From: an uncultured Clostridia bacterium
Lineage (GTDB): Bacteria > Bacillota > Clostridia > Christensenellales > UBA1242
Direction of reading: 5' to 3'
Assembly: GCA_937900575.1 (NCBI GenBank)
Contig: CALCEI010000088.1
Span: 1 to 42,656, forward strand
DNA length: 42,656 nt
Made by a program: the position numbers and the translations under genes
The notes under the pieces: generated by a model
What the model was told of the DNA's origin: nothing
The model's input: only the letters and a program-made list of their open reading frames with translations
Database searches by the model: none
Part shown: one piece after another, positions 1 through 9,400 of the stretch
Layout: each line of letters begins with the position of its first letter
Position numbering within the stretch: the stretch's first letter is position 1

Positions 1-358
1 GGTGCCTTTTTTGTTGCTGGCTTGCTTGCTGTTTTCTTTGCAGGAGCCTTTTTTGTTGCTGGCTTGCTTGCTGTTTTCTTTGCAGGTGCCTTTTTTGTTG
101 CTGGCTTGCTTGCTGTTTTCTTTGCAGGAGCCTTTTTTGCAGGTGCCTTTGCAGGTTTTTCTGCAACTTCTGCAACTTCAACCTTTGCAGGTTCTTCGGC
201 AGTGTTTTCTGTTAAAACTTCGTCTGCAAAACGTTCTTGGAATTTTTTATCTTTATTATCAACGATAATAAGAACAACAACAAGAACAGCAATTATTACA
301 GCGAGAGCAATAACAACCCACCACCAATTTGTTGAAATAAAATTTAATACTGCTTCCA
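1..358 (-). CDS. Partial CDS (first 119 codons; C-terminus lies beyond window start): single-pass membrane anchor followed by Lys/Ala/Pro-rich 14-aa tandem repeats
   Basis: Absent from the supplied track because it runs off the edge. Reverse strand has SD AAGGGG 5 nt before ATG (358-356). It reads MEAVLNFISTNWWWVVIALAVIIAVLVVVLIIVDNKDKKFQERFADEVLTENTAEEPAKVEVAEVAEKPAKAPAKK then (APAKKTASKPATKK)x3, open to nt 1. The + strand track ORFs 2..268 and 22..378 are Leu/Phe/Cys-rich mirror images with no SD. Confidence 0.75.
7..132. repeat. Three tandem copies of a 42-bp unit (in frame; 14 aa APAKKTASKPATKK on reverse strand); array may continue past window start
   Basis: Units 7-48, 49-90 and 91-132 are identical except for one base (ggagcc vs ggtgcc). 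Degenerate partial units follow to about 175. Confidence 0.95.
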
Positions 359-443
359 TAATTATCCCCTTTTATTGATAATGATATTTTAGCACATAAA
401 AAATTTTAATACAAACATTTTTAAGCATATTTTATAAAAAGAA

Positions 444-467
444 GAACTCCAATGTTTGTTGAAGTTC
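444..467 (-). terminator. Putative intrinsic terminator downstream of spoIVA
   Basis: Reverse strand gaacttcaa-caaaca-ttggagttc forms a 9-bp stem with one G-U pair, followed by ttcttttta. Confidence 0.5.
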
Positions 468-476
468 CTTTTTTTG

Positions 477-1964
477 TTAAAGCAATATGCAAAGCACTCC
501 ACCTTTTCCTTCATTGACAATGCGAGAAATGGTTTTGCGCATTTTTTCTTGTAATTTTTGTGGCATGGTGGTAAGTTTTGCATTTAAACCATCGCCAACC
601 AAACTTTCAAGTGATTTACCAAACATGTTGGTTTGCCAAATGCCTTGTGGATTATTTTCAAATTCTTCCAAAAGATATTTTGCCAAATCTTCTTGCTCGT
701 AACCACCCATAATTGGGCTAACTTCTGTTTCCACATTAACTTTCATGATATGCAAACTTGGAGCTTGAGCTTTAAGTTTAACGCCACATTTGCCACCTTG
801 ATGCACAATTTCTGGTTCTTTAAGTTCCATCTCTTCTGCACTTGGAATTACAATGCCATAACCTGTTTGTTCTGCTTGATTTAAGGCCTCACTTAACTTA
901 TCAAACTTTTGCTTTGCATAAGTTAAATCTTTAAGTGAATTTATAAGTTCATAATCATCTTTAATTTCTTTTCCACACTGCTCACTTATAACCTTATAAA
1001 ACAGCCCTTCTTTTGGCACAATTTCAAATGTTACAGCACCAGAATTAAGTTCCACAGTTGAATTTAAAATTGGCTCGAAATTATTGCTGTTTTCAAACAA
1101 AACTTTGTTTGAAGGATATTCTCCAATTTTGTTCACGTTTTCAATGGCACTGTCAATTTCTGTTAAAATTTCTGCAATTGTTTGGTTATCTTTTGGCAGT
1201 GGTTTAAGCCATCTTGGCATTTTGATGTTTACCACTTCAAGTGGAAATTCTTTTAACACTTCTGTCATAATATTATCTATATCTTCCTTTTTTAATTCAT
1301 TTACATTCATTGGTATTACACTTACACCATAATCTTGTGCCAACTTGCCTGCCAATTCTTTTGTTGAAACGGATTCTGGAATGCTGGAATTAAGCACAAC
1401 AACAAAAGGCTTATTGGTTTGTTTAACCTGTTCTATGGCTTGCTTTTCTGCTTCAACATAACTTGCACGTGGAATTGCACTGAAACTGCCGTCTGTTGTC
1501 ATAACCACTGCAATTGTGGAATGGTTACTTATCACTTTTTCTGTTCCAAGCGCTGCTGCTTGTGTGAACGGGATTTCTTCTGCACTCCAAGGTGTTTTAA
1601 CCAAACGTGGTGTGTTGCCATCGTACGCACCAAGTGCACCATCAACCATGTAACCAACCGAATCTATAAATCTGACAGACATATTTGCGCTGCCAACTTT
1701 AACCCTAACTGCTTGTGCTGGCACAAATTGTGGTTTGGTGGTCATAACCATTGCACCATCACATGCTTCAGGCAATTCGTCTGTTGCACGTTCCTTATCA
1801 TGCTTGTTGGTTATGTTATCCAACACAAAATTTTGCATAAATTTTTGAATAAAGGTAGATTTTCCACATCTAACCGGCCCCACAACTCCAATGTAAACGT
1901 CTCCATTGGTACGTTCTGCAATATCCGAATAGATGTTGTAATTTTTGTCCATTTTTTCCTCCAA
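477..1964 (-). CDS. spoIVA: Stage IV sporulation protein A (spore coat morphogenetic ATPase)
   Basis: 495 aa. N-terminus is ...YIGVVGPVRCGKSTFIQKFM (Walker A), and length and overall sequence are typical of SpoIVA. SD GGAGG lies 5 nt upstream of the ATG. Confidence 0.95.
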   Translation of the reverse strand: MEEKMDKNYNIYSDIAERTNGDVYIGVVGPVRCGKSTFIQKFMQNFVLDNITNKHDKERATDELPEACDGAMVMTTKPQFVPAQAVRVKVGSANMSVRFIDSVGYMVDGALGAYDGNTPRLVKTPWSAEEIPFTQAAALGTEKVISNHSTIAVVMTTDGSFSAIPRASYVEAEKQAIEQVKQTNKPFVVVLNSSIPESVSTKELAGKLAQDYGVSVIPMNVNELKKEDIDNIMTEVLKEFPLEVVNIKMPRWLKPLPKDNQTIAEILTEIDSAIENVNKIGEYPSNKVLFENSNNFEPILNSTVELNSGAVTFEIVPKEGLFYKVISEQCGKEIKDDYELINSLKDLTYAKQKFDKLSEALNQAEQTGYGIVIPSAEEMELKEPEIVHQGGKCGVKLKAQAPSLHIMKVNVETEVSPIMGGYEQEDLAKYLLEEFENNPQGIWQTNMFGKSLESLVGDGLNAKLTTMPQKLQEKMRKTISRIVNEGKGGVLCILL

Positions 1965-1972
1965 CTTACACT

Positions 1973-2001
1973 AACTTATGTTTGAAACGCACGGTTTATG
2001 C
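1973..2001 (-). promoter_or_regulatory. Candidate sigma-E-type (mother-cell) promoter of spoIVA
   Basis: Reverse strand reads GCATAAA-14 nt-CATAAGTT. The remembered B. subtilis sigma-E consensus is (G/T)(A/C)ATA(A/T)(A/T)-14-CATACA(A/C/T)T. The -35 matches fully and the -10 matches 6/8. It sits about 20 nt upstream of the SD. Confidence 0.35.
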
Positions 2002-2061
2002 CAAAATTTTGGTTAAGTTTTTAAAAATATGAAAAATGTCGAAAAATTTGTTAAATAAATG

Positions 2062-2090
2062 TTGACAAAGCAAGTTCGCATTCATATAAT
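2062..2090 (+). promoter_or_regulatory. Perfect-consensus sigma-A promoter (TTGACA-17-TATAAT)
   Basis: TTGACA at 2062-2067, 17-nt spacer, TATAAT at 2085-2090. It is followed by AGGAG at 2101-2105 and ATG at 2112. Confidence 0.7.
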
Positions 2091-2111
2091 ATAATCACTT
2101 AGGAGCATATT

Positions 2112-2261
2112 ATGGACGAAGAAAAGATAAAGTCAAAAAAATTATCAAAAGAAAAAAGCATCAAACTTAATAATGATAAAAAAACTAAACGTCATCATAA
2201 AGATTACTCACTTGTTGAAGCACAAGAAGCAGACGTTGATGTAATTGAAAGCAACATTTAG
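2112..2261 (+). CDS. Small (49 aa) highly charged Lys-rich protein, unknown function
   Basis: Below the track size cutoff. AGGAG lies 6 nt before the ATG. Product is MDEEKIKSKKLSKEKSIKLNNDKKTKRHHKDYSLVEAQEADVDVIESNI. Bracketed by a consensus promoter and a terminator. Confidence 0.5.
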   Translation: MDEEKIKSKKLSKEKSIKLNNDKKTKRHHKDYSLVEAQEADVDVIESNI

Positions 2262-2273
2262 TTAACAAAAAAA

Positions 2274-2291
2274 GAAGGCAATTGTGCCTTC
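2274..2291. terminator. Bidirectional intrinsic terminator (convergent small ORF / lgt operon)
   Basis: gaaggca-attg-tgccttc with an A-tract upstream and a T-tract downstream. Confidence 0.7.
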
Positions 2292-2297
2292 TTTTTT

Positions 2298-2921
2298 CTA
2301 TTTTTTGTTTTTATCGTCATCATTAAGGTTAAAAGCCTTTAAAATTTCCTCAAGCCCCATGGTTGGGTTAAGTGCTTCGGCAAAACTGAAACCACTTTCG
2401 CTTGTTGTGTTTAATAAATCTGCTGTTGGGTCAGTTGCTTTTTTAGCAACAGGTGCAACTGCAGGTTGCGCTTCGTCCTTTTTGGAATAACAATCAATAA
2501 TGTTGTGCAACAACTTTTTAATTGGGTCATCAACAACAGGTGTTTTAACGTCAAACGAGATGTTTTCGCCCATTTCTTTTGTGTTTAAGCCGTCATATAC
2601 AAGGGTTTTAAACTTTTCAGACATATCCTTTAAGTGATTATCCTTTTTAAGTTCTGGGTACTTTACATAAAGTTCATTAATAATCTGTTCCATGCGCAAG
2701 TACATCAACCTACTGCGTTGAATATCAAGTGCATACAATTTACGTCTGCTTGCTTCAAGTTGATTGGCATGTTCCATGCTGGAAATGATTGCACTTGAAA
2801 TGGATTGTTCTTTTTGCTTGTAATCTTCAATTATTGCATTTTGTTTTGCAATGGTTTTGTTAAGTTCAGTAATCTGTTTTTGAAGGTCGGCAACTTTTTG
2901 TGAATCTAAATTTTTATCCAT
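2298..2921 (-). CDS. Coiled-coil protein, unknown function (weak resemblance to the coiled-coil part of DivIVA; no DivIVA N-terminal motif)
   Basis: 207 aa with heptad-like, Q/K/E-rich N-terminal half. SD GGGAGG is present. Its start overlaps the stop of the upstream gene, and it is the last gene of the lgt operon. Confidence 0.7.
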   Translation of the reverse strand: MDKNLDSQKVADLQKQITELNKTIAKQNAIIEDYKQKEQSISSAIISSMEHANQLEASRRKLYALDIQRSRLMYLRMEQIINELYVKYPELKKDNHLKDMSEKFKTLVYDGLNTKEMGENISFDVKTPVVDDPIKKLLHNIIDCYSKKDEAQPAVAPVAKKATDPTADLLNTTSESGFSFAEALNPTMGLEEILKAFNLNDDDKNKK

Positions 2922-3432
2922 TTATGTTCCTCCCTTTTTTCTTGTGCAAGATTATGTTTACAACAAAGTAAGCAACAAACCATACGCACATAAGCACTAT
3001 AAACAACCAAAGTGGAATAATTTCCCTTACAAACATAAGTGTAAAGAAACCAAAACCTAAAAACAACACGCATAATTTGGCCTGCGTTTTATCTTTAAAG
3101 TAAATTGCAGTAATCAAACTTGCAACAGAAAGTCCAAACAAATAATAAGGAATTGTTTGCACGGTTAAATCTATTCCACCTGCAAGTCTGTAAATATGTG
3201 TAAACAAATTTAAGCCACCACAGAAGAAGAAAACCCAACCCAAAAACATACTGCTATCAAGTTTTAAGGTTACTGCACGTGTTACAAGCAACAAACCAAT
3301 TAACATAAGTGATGTGCCAAAACTAAAATTGAAAAATGAAAAAGAAAGTGGAATTGGCAACAAATCCAAAATAAAGCAAACCAAGTTTACTATCAACAAT
3401 GTCCAATATAAGATTTTTGATTTCCTAGTCAT
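2914..3432 (-). CDS. Polytopic membrane protein (about 5-6 TM), unknown function
   Basis: 172 aa, almost entirely hydrophobic segments. Overlaps the lgt stop by 8 nt. Confidence 0.75.
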   Translation of the reverse strand: MTRKSKILYWTLLIVNLVCFILDLLPIPLSFSFFNFSFGTSLMLIGLLLVTRAVTLKLDSSMFLGWVFFFCGGLNLFTHIYRLAGGIDLTVQTIPYYLFGLSVASLITAIYFKDKTQAKLCVLFLGFGFFTLMFVREIIPLWLFIVLMCVWFVAYFVVNIILHKKKGRNING

Positions 3433-4270
3433 TACGCTTTTTTACCCTTCTTATTATGTTTACAACAAGTATTGTAACACCAACAACCAACAAAATGCAA
3501 CTTAAAAGTTGAGAAACTCTAATATTTGTTGAGCCAACATACAAAGAATCGGTTCTCATACCTTCAATAAGCATTCTTCCAAGGCCATACCATGTAAGAT
3601 AAGCACCCGTTGTTGTAAGTGTAAGTTTTGTTTTATAAAATACCACCAAAAGCAAAGCAAAACCAGCAAAATTCCACATGCTTTCATAAAAGAAAGTTGC
3701 ATTAAACCATGCACCTGCAACTCCACTCATGCCTGCTGCAGCAATTTGTTGTGATGCTTCGGCTGTAAAGTTACTGCTTTCAATATAAACGCCAAATGGG
3801 AACCATTGAAAATTTGGGTTTGTTATAAGGTTGCCATACGCCTCTTGATTGAAGAAATTACCCCATCTGCCCATTGCTTGCCCCAAAATTAAGCATGGAA
3901 CAACAATATCACAAATTGTGCCAAGTGCTTTAAAGTTCTTTTTAATAAGGCAAAACAAAATCATGCCCAAAAAACCACCAATTACACCACCGTAAATGGC
4001 CATGCCACCTTGACGAATGTTAAAGAATTCTTGGAAGGAATAAATGTGATTATAAAATATGCAATAATATGCCCTTGCACCAATCACTGAAAAAGGCAAA
4101 ACAATAAGTGCCAAAAGCAAAATATCATCGCTTTTAATTAACTTTTTCTTTGCCAAAATGCAAGCAACAATTATGCCAGCAAGCATGGAAAGAGCCATAA
4201 TTACGCCGTAAAACTTAATTTCCAAACCAAATATTGTAAAGCCTGATGCTGGCAAAATATAATTCATCAT
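3425..4270 (-). CDS. lgt: Prolipoprotein diacylglyceryl transferase
   Basis: 281 aa with Lgt hallmarks: ...YGVIMAL..., GARAYY, GGMAIYGGVIGG, GQAMGRWGNFFNQEAYG. Confidence 0.93.
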   Translation of the reverse strand: MMNYILPASGFTIFGLEIKFYGVIMALSMLAGIIVACILAKKKLIKSDDILLLALIVLPFSVIGARAYYCIFYNHIYSFQEFFNIRQGGMAIYGGVIGGFLGMILFCLIKKNFKALGTICDIVVPCLILGQAMGRWGNFFNQEAYGNLITNPNFQWFPFGVYIESSNFTAEASQQIAAAGMSGVAGAWFNATFFYESMWNFAGFALLLVVFYKTKLTLTTTGAYLTWYGLGRMLIEGMRTDSLYVGSTNIRVSQLLSCILLVVGVTILVVNIIRRVKKRND

Positions 4271-4276
4271 ATTTTT

Positions 4277-4305
4277 ATTATAAATTTATACAAGGCAAAA
4301 AGCAA
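4277..4305 (-). promoter_or_regulatory. Promoter of lgt operon; geometry predicts a leaderless transcript
   Basis: Reverse strand reads TTGCTT-17-TATAAT-aaaaat-ATG. There is no SD in the 20 nt before the ATG. Confidence 0.5.
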
Positions 4306-4416
4306 GTAAAATTTAAAACACTTTTGTTTTAGACATAATTTGCAAAAATTTTAATAAAAAGTGCAAAAAAATGCGTCTTTTTTAACAAAAAACTTAAATT
4401 TCTAATATGTAGTGTT

Positions 4417-5682
4417 ATGAAATATTTTGGAACTGATGGAATTCGTGGCAAAGCAGAAGAAATTTTTACACCACGGTTTTTGACAAAAATTGCTTACGGC
4501 ATTGTACGTTTTTATAACAAACAAAAATGGAAAAAACAAATTTTGATTGGCAATGATTCACGTTTAAGCAGTGGATACATAGAAAGTGCGCTGTGCTCTG
4601 TTTTGTGCAGGTATGGTTTTGAAGTGCACCATCTTGGAATGTGCAGTAGCCCTTGCCTTGCTTTTGTTGGCAAAAAATGGAATTTTCCACTTTCAATTAT
4701 GATTTCTGCTTCACACAACAGCAAGGAATACAACGGAATAAAATTTTTTAACAACCTTGGCACAAAAATAACCGATACAGAAGAAGAAATTTTTGAATCA
4801 TTTATTGATAAACCACCTTTAAAGCAAAAACCCGAATATAAAAACCCAATTGATAGCAAAAACTTGAAGTTGGATTATGTTAATATGCTAAAAAATTTGC
4901 TTACAGTTAAACCAAACTGCATAATTGACGGCGCAAATGGTGGCGCAAGTGAAATTATTAAACACGTTTTTGCAAGAACAAGACTCATAAACGTGCAAGC
5001 AAATGGAAACAACATAAATGAAAATGCTGGTTGCACCCACATTGAAAAATTGCGTCTTATGTGCAAACAAAACAAAATGGTTGGTTTTGCAGTTGATGGC
5101 GACGCCGACCGAATTTTGTTTGTTGACGAATTTGGTGACATTATTGACGGAGACAAAATATTATATATTTTGGCAAAACATTATTTGCATGCTGGCGACA
5201 CAGTTGTTGGCACAACAAATTCCAATTCTGGCCTTAAAAACGCACTTGAAAAGTTGGGCATTGATTTCTTGCGTTGTGCAGTTGGAGACAAAAATATTGT
5301 AACAGCCATGCAAAACAACTCTTACCCACTTGGTGGCGAAGAATCTGGCCACATAATTTTAAAACGTTACACAAACACAGGCGACGGTGTTTTAACCGGA
5401 ATAATTTTGCTTAACATATTATCTTCCACAAAACAAAATATTTCTGCTCTGCTTAACGAATATAAGGAATTTTGTATTGTAAAAGACAACTTGCAACTAA
5501 CAAAAAAGTTTGAAATGACAAAAGAACTTAATGCCCTTGTTGATTATTTTGAAAGACAAGGTGCAAGAATTGTTATAAGGCCAAGTGGCACAGAACCTGT
5601 TTTACGTGTTTTGGTGGAACATAAGGATAAAGAAAAGGCAGAATTTTTCCTTAAAAATTTAAAAGAAAACATTGTGGTTTAA
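4417..5682 (+). CDS. glmM: Phosphoglucosamine mutase
   Basis: 421 aa with MKYFGTDGIRGKA, active-site SASHNSKEYNGIKFF, DGDADR and GGEESGH. Confidence 0.88.
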   Translation: MKYFGTDGIRGKAEEIFTPRFLTKIAYGIVRFYNKQKWKKQILIGNDSRLSSGYIESALCSVLCRYGFEVHHLGMCSSPCLAFVGKKWNFPLSIMISASHNSKEYNGIKFFNNLGTKITDTEEEIFESFIDKPPLKQKPEYKNPIDSKNLKLDYVNMLKNLLTVKPNCIIDGANGGASEIIKHVFARTRLINVQANGNNINENAGCTHIEKLRLMCKQNKMVGFAVDGDADRILFVDEFGDIIDGDKILYILAKHYLHAGDTVVGTTNSNSGLKNALEKLGIDFLRCAVGDKNIVTAMQNNSYPLGGEESGHIILKRYTNTGDGVLTGIILLNILSSTKQNISALLNEYKEFCIVKDNLQLTKKFEMTKELNALVDYFERQGARIVIRPSGTEPVLRVLVEHKDKEKAEFFLKNLKENIVV

Positions 5683-5688
5683 TTTAAC

Positions 5689-5717
5689 TTGCCACAAGGC
5701 AAATTTTGTGCTAAAAT
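5689..5717 (+). promoter_or_regulatory. Promoter of ung; geometry predicts a leaderless transcript
   Basis: TTGCCA (5689-5694)-17-TGcTAAAAT (hexamer 5712-5717)-tcttaac-ATG at 5725. Confidence 0.55.
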
Positions 5718-5724
5718 TCTTAAC

Positions 5725-6390
5725 ATGAAATACGTTTTGTTGGATACATGGAGCAAGGCACTTAAACCAAGGTTTAATGTGGAATATAAACAGCAACTTT
5801 TTGGTTGGTTGGAACAGGAATATGCAACCAAAACAATTTTTCCACCAAAAGAGAAAATTTTTAATGCTTTAAACCTTGTGGATTTAAACAAAGTTAAAGT
5901 GGTTATTATTGGGCAAGACCCTTACCACACTGCTGGACAAGCAGATGGTTTGGCATTTTCTTGTCACAATGGCACTCCACAACCAAGTTTGAAAAATATT
6001 TTTAAGGAAATTAATGATGATTTGCACCTTACCATGTCCTCTTCAACCGATTTAACACCTTGGGCAGAACAAGGCGTTTTGCTTTTGAACACAAGTTTAA
6101 CTGTTGTTGAACATATGCCAGCAAGTCACAGCAACGAATTATGGCACACATTTACACGTGAAATAATTAAGATTTTAAACGAACAAAACCAACCAATTGT
6201 GTTTATGCTTTGGGGCAATCATGCAAAAGGGTTTTTGCCACTACTTACAAACCCAAACCACTTAATTTTGCAAGCGGCTCACCCTAGCCCATTTTCTGCT
6301 TACAACGGGTTTTTTGGTTGCAAACATTTTAGTTCGGCAAACAAATATTTAACCGAACACAATGTTGAGCCAATTAATTGGCAGATTTAA
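5725..6390 (+). CDS. ung: Uracil-DNA glycosylase (family 1)
   Basis: GQDPYHTAGQADGLAFS and HPSPFSAY motifs. I start at ATG 5725 (MKYVLLDTW...). The track's TTG at 5689 is the -35 element of its own promoter. Confidence 0.92.
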   Translation: MKYVLLDTWSKALKPRFNVEYKQQLFGWLEQEYATKTIFPPKEKIFNALNLVDLNKVKVVIIGQDPYHTAGQADGLAFSCHNGTPQPSLKNIFKEINDDLHLTMSSSTDLTPWAEQGVLLLNTSLTVVEHMPASHSNELWHTFTREIIKILNEQNQPIVFMLWGNHAKGFLPLLTNPNHLILQAAHPSPFSAYNGFFGCKHFSSANKYLTEHNVEPINWQI

Positions 6391-6394
6391 TCAG

Positions 6395-6423
6395 TTGACA
6401 AACAAATTTGCTATTAATATAAT
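6395..6423 (+). promoter_or_regulatory. Perfect-consensus sigma-A promoter of ileS
   Basis: TTGACA (6395-6400)-17-TATAAT (6418-6423). Only about 32 nt of 5' UTR precede the ATG, and a GGAG SD is present. Confidence 0.7.
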
Positions 6424-6461
6424 TTATAATATTAAAATTTATTAACTTACGGAGAAATTTT

Positions 6462-9400
6462 ATGCAAAAAGAACAAGGAAATTTAGATTACGTTAAAATG
6501 GAAGAAGGTGTCTTGAAATTTTGGCAAGACAACTCTATTTTTGAAAAATTAAAAACTAAAAATAAGGCAACAGGTAAATATTTTGCCACCCTTGATGGCC
6601 CAATAACAGCCAATTATGATATGGGTTTACACCATGCTTATGGCAGAACTTTTAAAGATGCCATGATTAAATTTGCTGCCCTTTGTGGAAACGACCAACA
6701 CTATCAAAATGGTTTTGACGCACACGGTCTTCCTGTTGAATTGCGTGTTGAACGTGAATTGGGATTGGATAGCAAAAAAGAAATTGAACAATATGGCATT
6801 GATAAATTTGTTGATAAGTGCATGAAAACTGTTGATAAATACTCTGCTTCTCAAACAAAATCTTCAATCCGTCTTGGACAATGGATGAATTGGGATAATA
6901 GTTACTACACAAACAGTGAAGAAAACATAACTTCAATTTGGCATTTCTTAAAGAAATGTGATGAAAAAGGTTGGGTTACAAACAGCCACAGAATAATGCG
7001 TTGGTGCACAAGATGTGGAACAAGCATTTCAGACCATGAAATGACTGACCAAGACGCATATAAAGATGTAACTTGCCAAGCAATCTTCTTTAAATGCCCA
7101 ATTTTAGGCACAGAAAATGATATGCTTGTTTGGACAACCACTCCATGGACTTTAACTGCCAACGTTGCAATTGCTGTTAACCCAGAATTTGATTATTCTG
7201 TTGTAAAAGTAAAATCTCAAAAACGTAACATCATAGTTTGCAGTAAACTTACAAAAGTGCTTAAAGATGATGCAGTTGAAGTTGTAAAAACAATTAAGGG
7301 AAGTGAACTTGTTGGTTTAAGTTACGATACATGCTTCCCAGAACTGAAACAACAAAATTTTGAACATAAAATTGTTGCTTGGGATTTGGTTGATGCAACC
7401 GAAGGTACAGGTGCAGTGCACATTGCCCCAGGTTGTGGTGATGCCGACTTTGAACTTGGCAAAAGTTTGAATTTGCCACAAGTTTGTCCAATTGACGAAG
7501 CCGGAATTTACTATGATGACTTTGGCATTTTTGCAGGACGTAATGCAAACACAGACGAATTAAGAGATTTTGTGTTTGGCCTTATGAAAGAAAAAGGCAA
7601 ACTTTACTATACACACAATTATACACACAGTTACCCACATTGTTGGAGATGTAAACATCCATTGTTATTCCGTTTGGTTGACCAATGGGTTATTAAAATG
7701 GACGAATTGCGTCCACAACTCATAAATGCAATTGATGATGTGGAATTCCAACCAGACTTTATGAAAAAACGTATGTTGGATTGGCTTGAACACATGGGTG
7801 ATTGGGCAATTTCACGTTCCCGTTACTATGGTTTACCTTTGCCATTCTACCCTTGCAAACATTGTGGTAAATTAACTGTTGTTGGCAGTTTAGAAGAATT
7901 TAAAAAATTGGCAACAGAAAAAGAAGTTGATGCTCTTCCACATTTGCACAGACCATATATTGATAATGTTAAAATCACTTGTCCACATTGTGGAAACAAA
8001 GTGGAAAGTATTAAAGATGTTGGCGATTGTTGGCTTGATGCTGGCATAACACCATATTCAACAAACAAATTCTTTACAGATAAAGATTTCTTTGAAAAGA
8101 ACTTCCCTGCAAATTGCGTAATTGAAGGTAAAGAACAAGTTCGTTTGTGGTTCTACTCTTTGCTTGTTATGAGTGTTGTGCTTACAGGCAAAGCACCATA
8201 TAAGAAAATTTCTTCAACTCCAATGTTGCTTGCACAAGATGGCAAAAAACTTTCCAAATCTAGCCCAAATAACATTCCTTTGGACGAAGCATTTGCTTCC
8301 ATCGGTGCTGATATTATCCGTTATAACTTTGTTGCAACTCCACTTATTAACGACGTTAAATTTGGGCGTGATACATGTGATGAAGTTAAACGTAAATTGT
8401 TGGGATTGTGGAACGCATATGTATTCTTGAACACTTATGCATGCATTGATAACCCAGATTTGACAGGCTTTGTTCCAGATGAAGCAAATTTAACCTTTAT
8501 GGATAAATGGCTTATTAACCGTGTAAACGAATTCACACAAAATGCATATAACTGCTACTCTTGTCAAGATTTTGGTGGTGTAAGCAAAGATTTTGAAGTG
8601 CTTGTTGACGAACTCACAAATTGGTATATTCGCAACAACAGAAGAAGATTTTATAAGAGTGAAAATAACCTTGACACAACAAATGCTTACTTCTGCTTGA
8701 ATTATGCAATAAAAAATATCTGTATGTGCATGTTCCCAATCATTCCTTTCTTAAGTGAATACTTGTGGCAAAATGCAGTAAGACAACTTGATAAATCTGC
8801 CACAGAAAGTGTTGCATTAAACGGATTTAATGTGGCTGAATTTAAGGTTAAAGATACAGGTTTAACCAAAAAGACAGACGTTGTTCGCCAAATCTTTACC
8901 ATGGCAAGCAAATTAAGAAACGAAAATCAAATTAAAGTTAAACAACCACTTAAAACAATGTACGTAAACGGTAACAAAGATGTTGCTTATGCAGTGGAAA
9001 TTTACCGTGATATTATTGAAAGTGAACTTAACATCAAAAATGTTGTTATGGAACATGATAATTCAATTTTCAATGATGAATTTTTAAATTTGGATTTCCG
9101 CAAAGCTGGCGCAGTGCTTAAAGGTGATGTGCAAAAAGTTAAAAATGCTTTAACAAATGCAAGCAAGGAAGCAATGGACGCAATGGTTGCTGACTTTAAA
9201 GCAGGCAGTGTTGACGTTGCAGGCTTTGAAAACTTGGGTGCAGATTTGTTTACCCTTTGCACAAAACCAAAGCAAGAATTTGTTATTGCAAACGAAAATG
9301 ACATTTCAGTTGTTTTGGATGTTACAATCAACCGTGAATTGATGCTTGAAGGCCTTGCACGTGAACTTATCCGTGCAGCGCAAGTTATGCGTAAAACTGC

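Noticed and set aside
2-378. Track ORFs 2..268 (+) and 22..378 (+) across the 42-bp repeat array
   Set aside because: They are Leu/Phe/Cys/Ala-rich mirror readings of the reverse-strand K/A/P repeat gene, and neither has an SD. The reverse-strand frame has an SD, an ATG, a TM helix and a coherent repeat peptide.
2298-2921. Calling the 207-aa coiled-coil protein DivIVA or GpsB
   Set aside because: It lacks the conserved DivIVA N-terminal lipid-binding motif. Only generic coiled-coil similarity is present.
6391-6461. T-box upstream of ileS; L-box (lysine riboswitch) upstream of asd (25184-25309)
   Set aside because: Both upstream regions are far too short (about 70 and 126 nt) and lack the conserved T-box or L-box sequence blocks.
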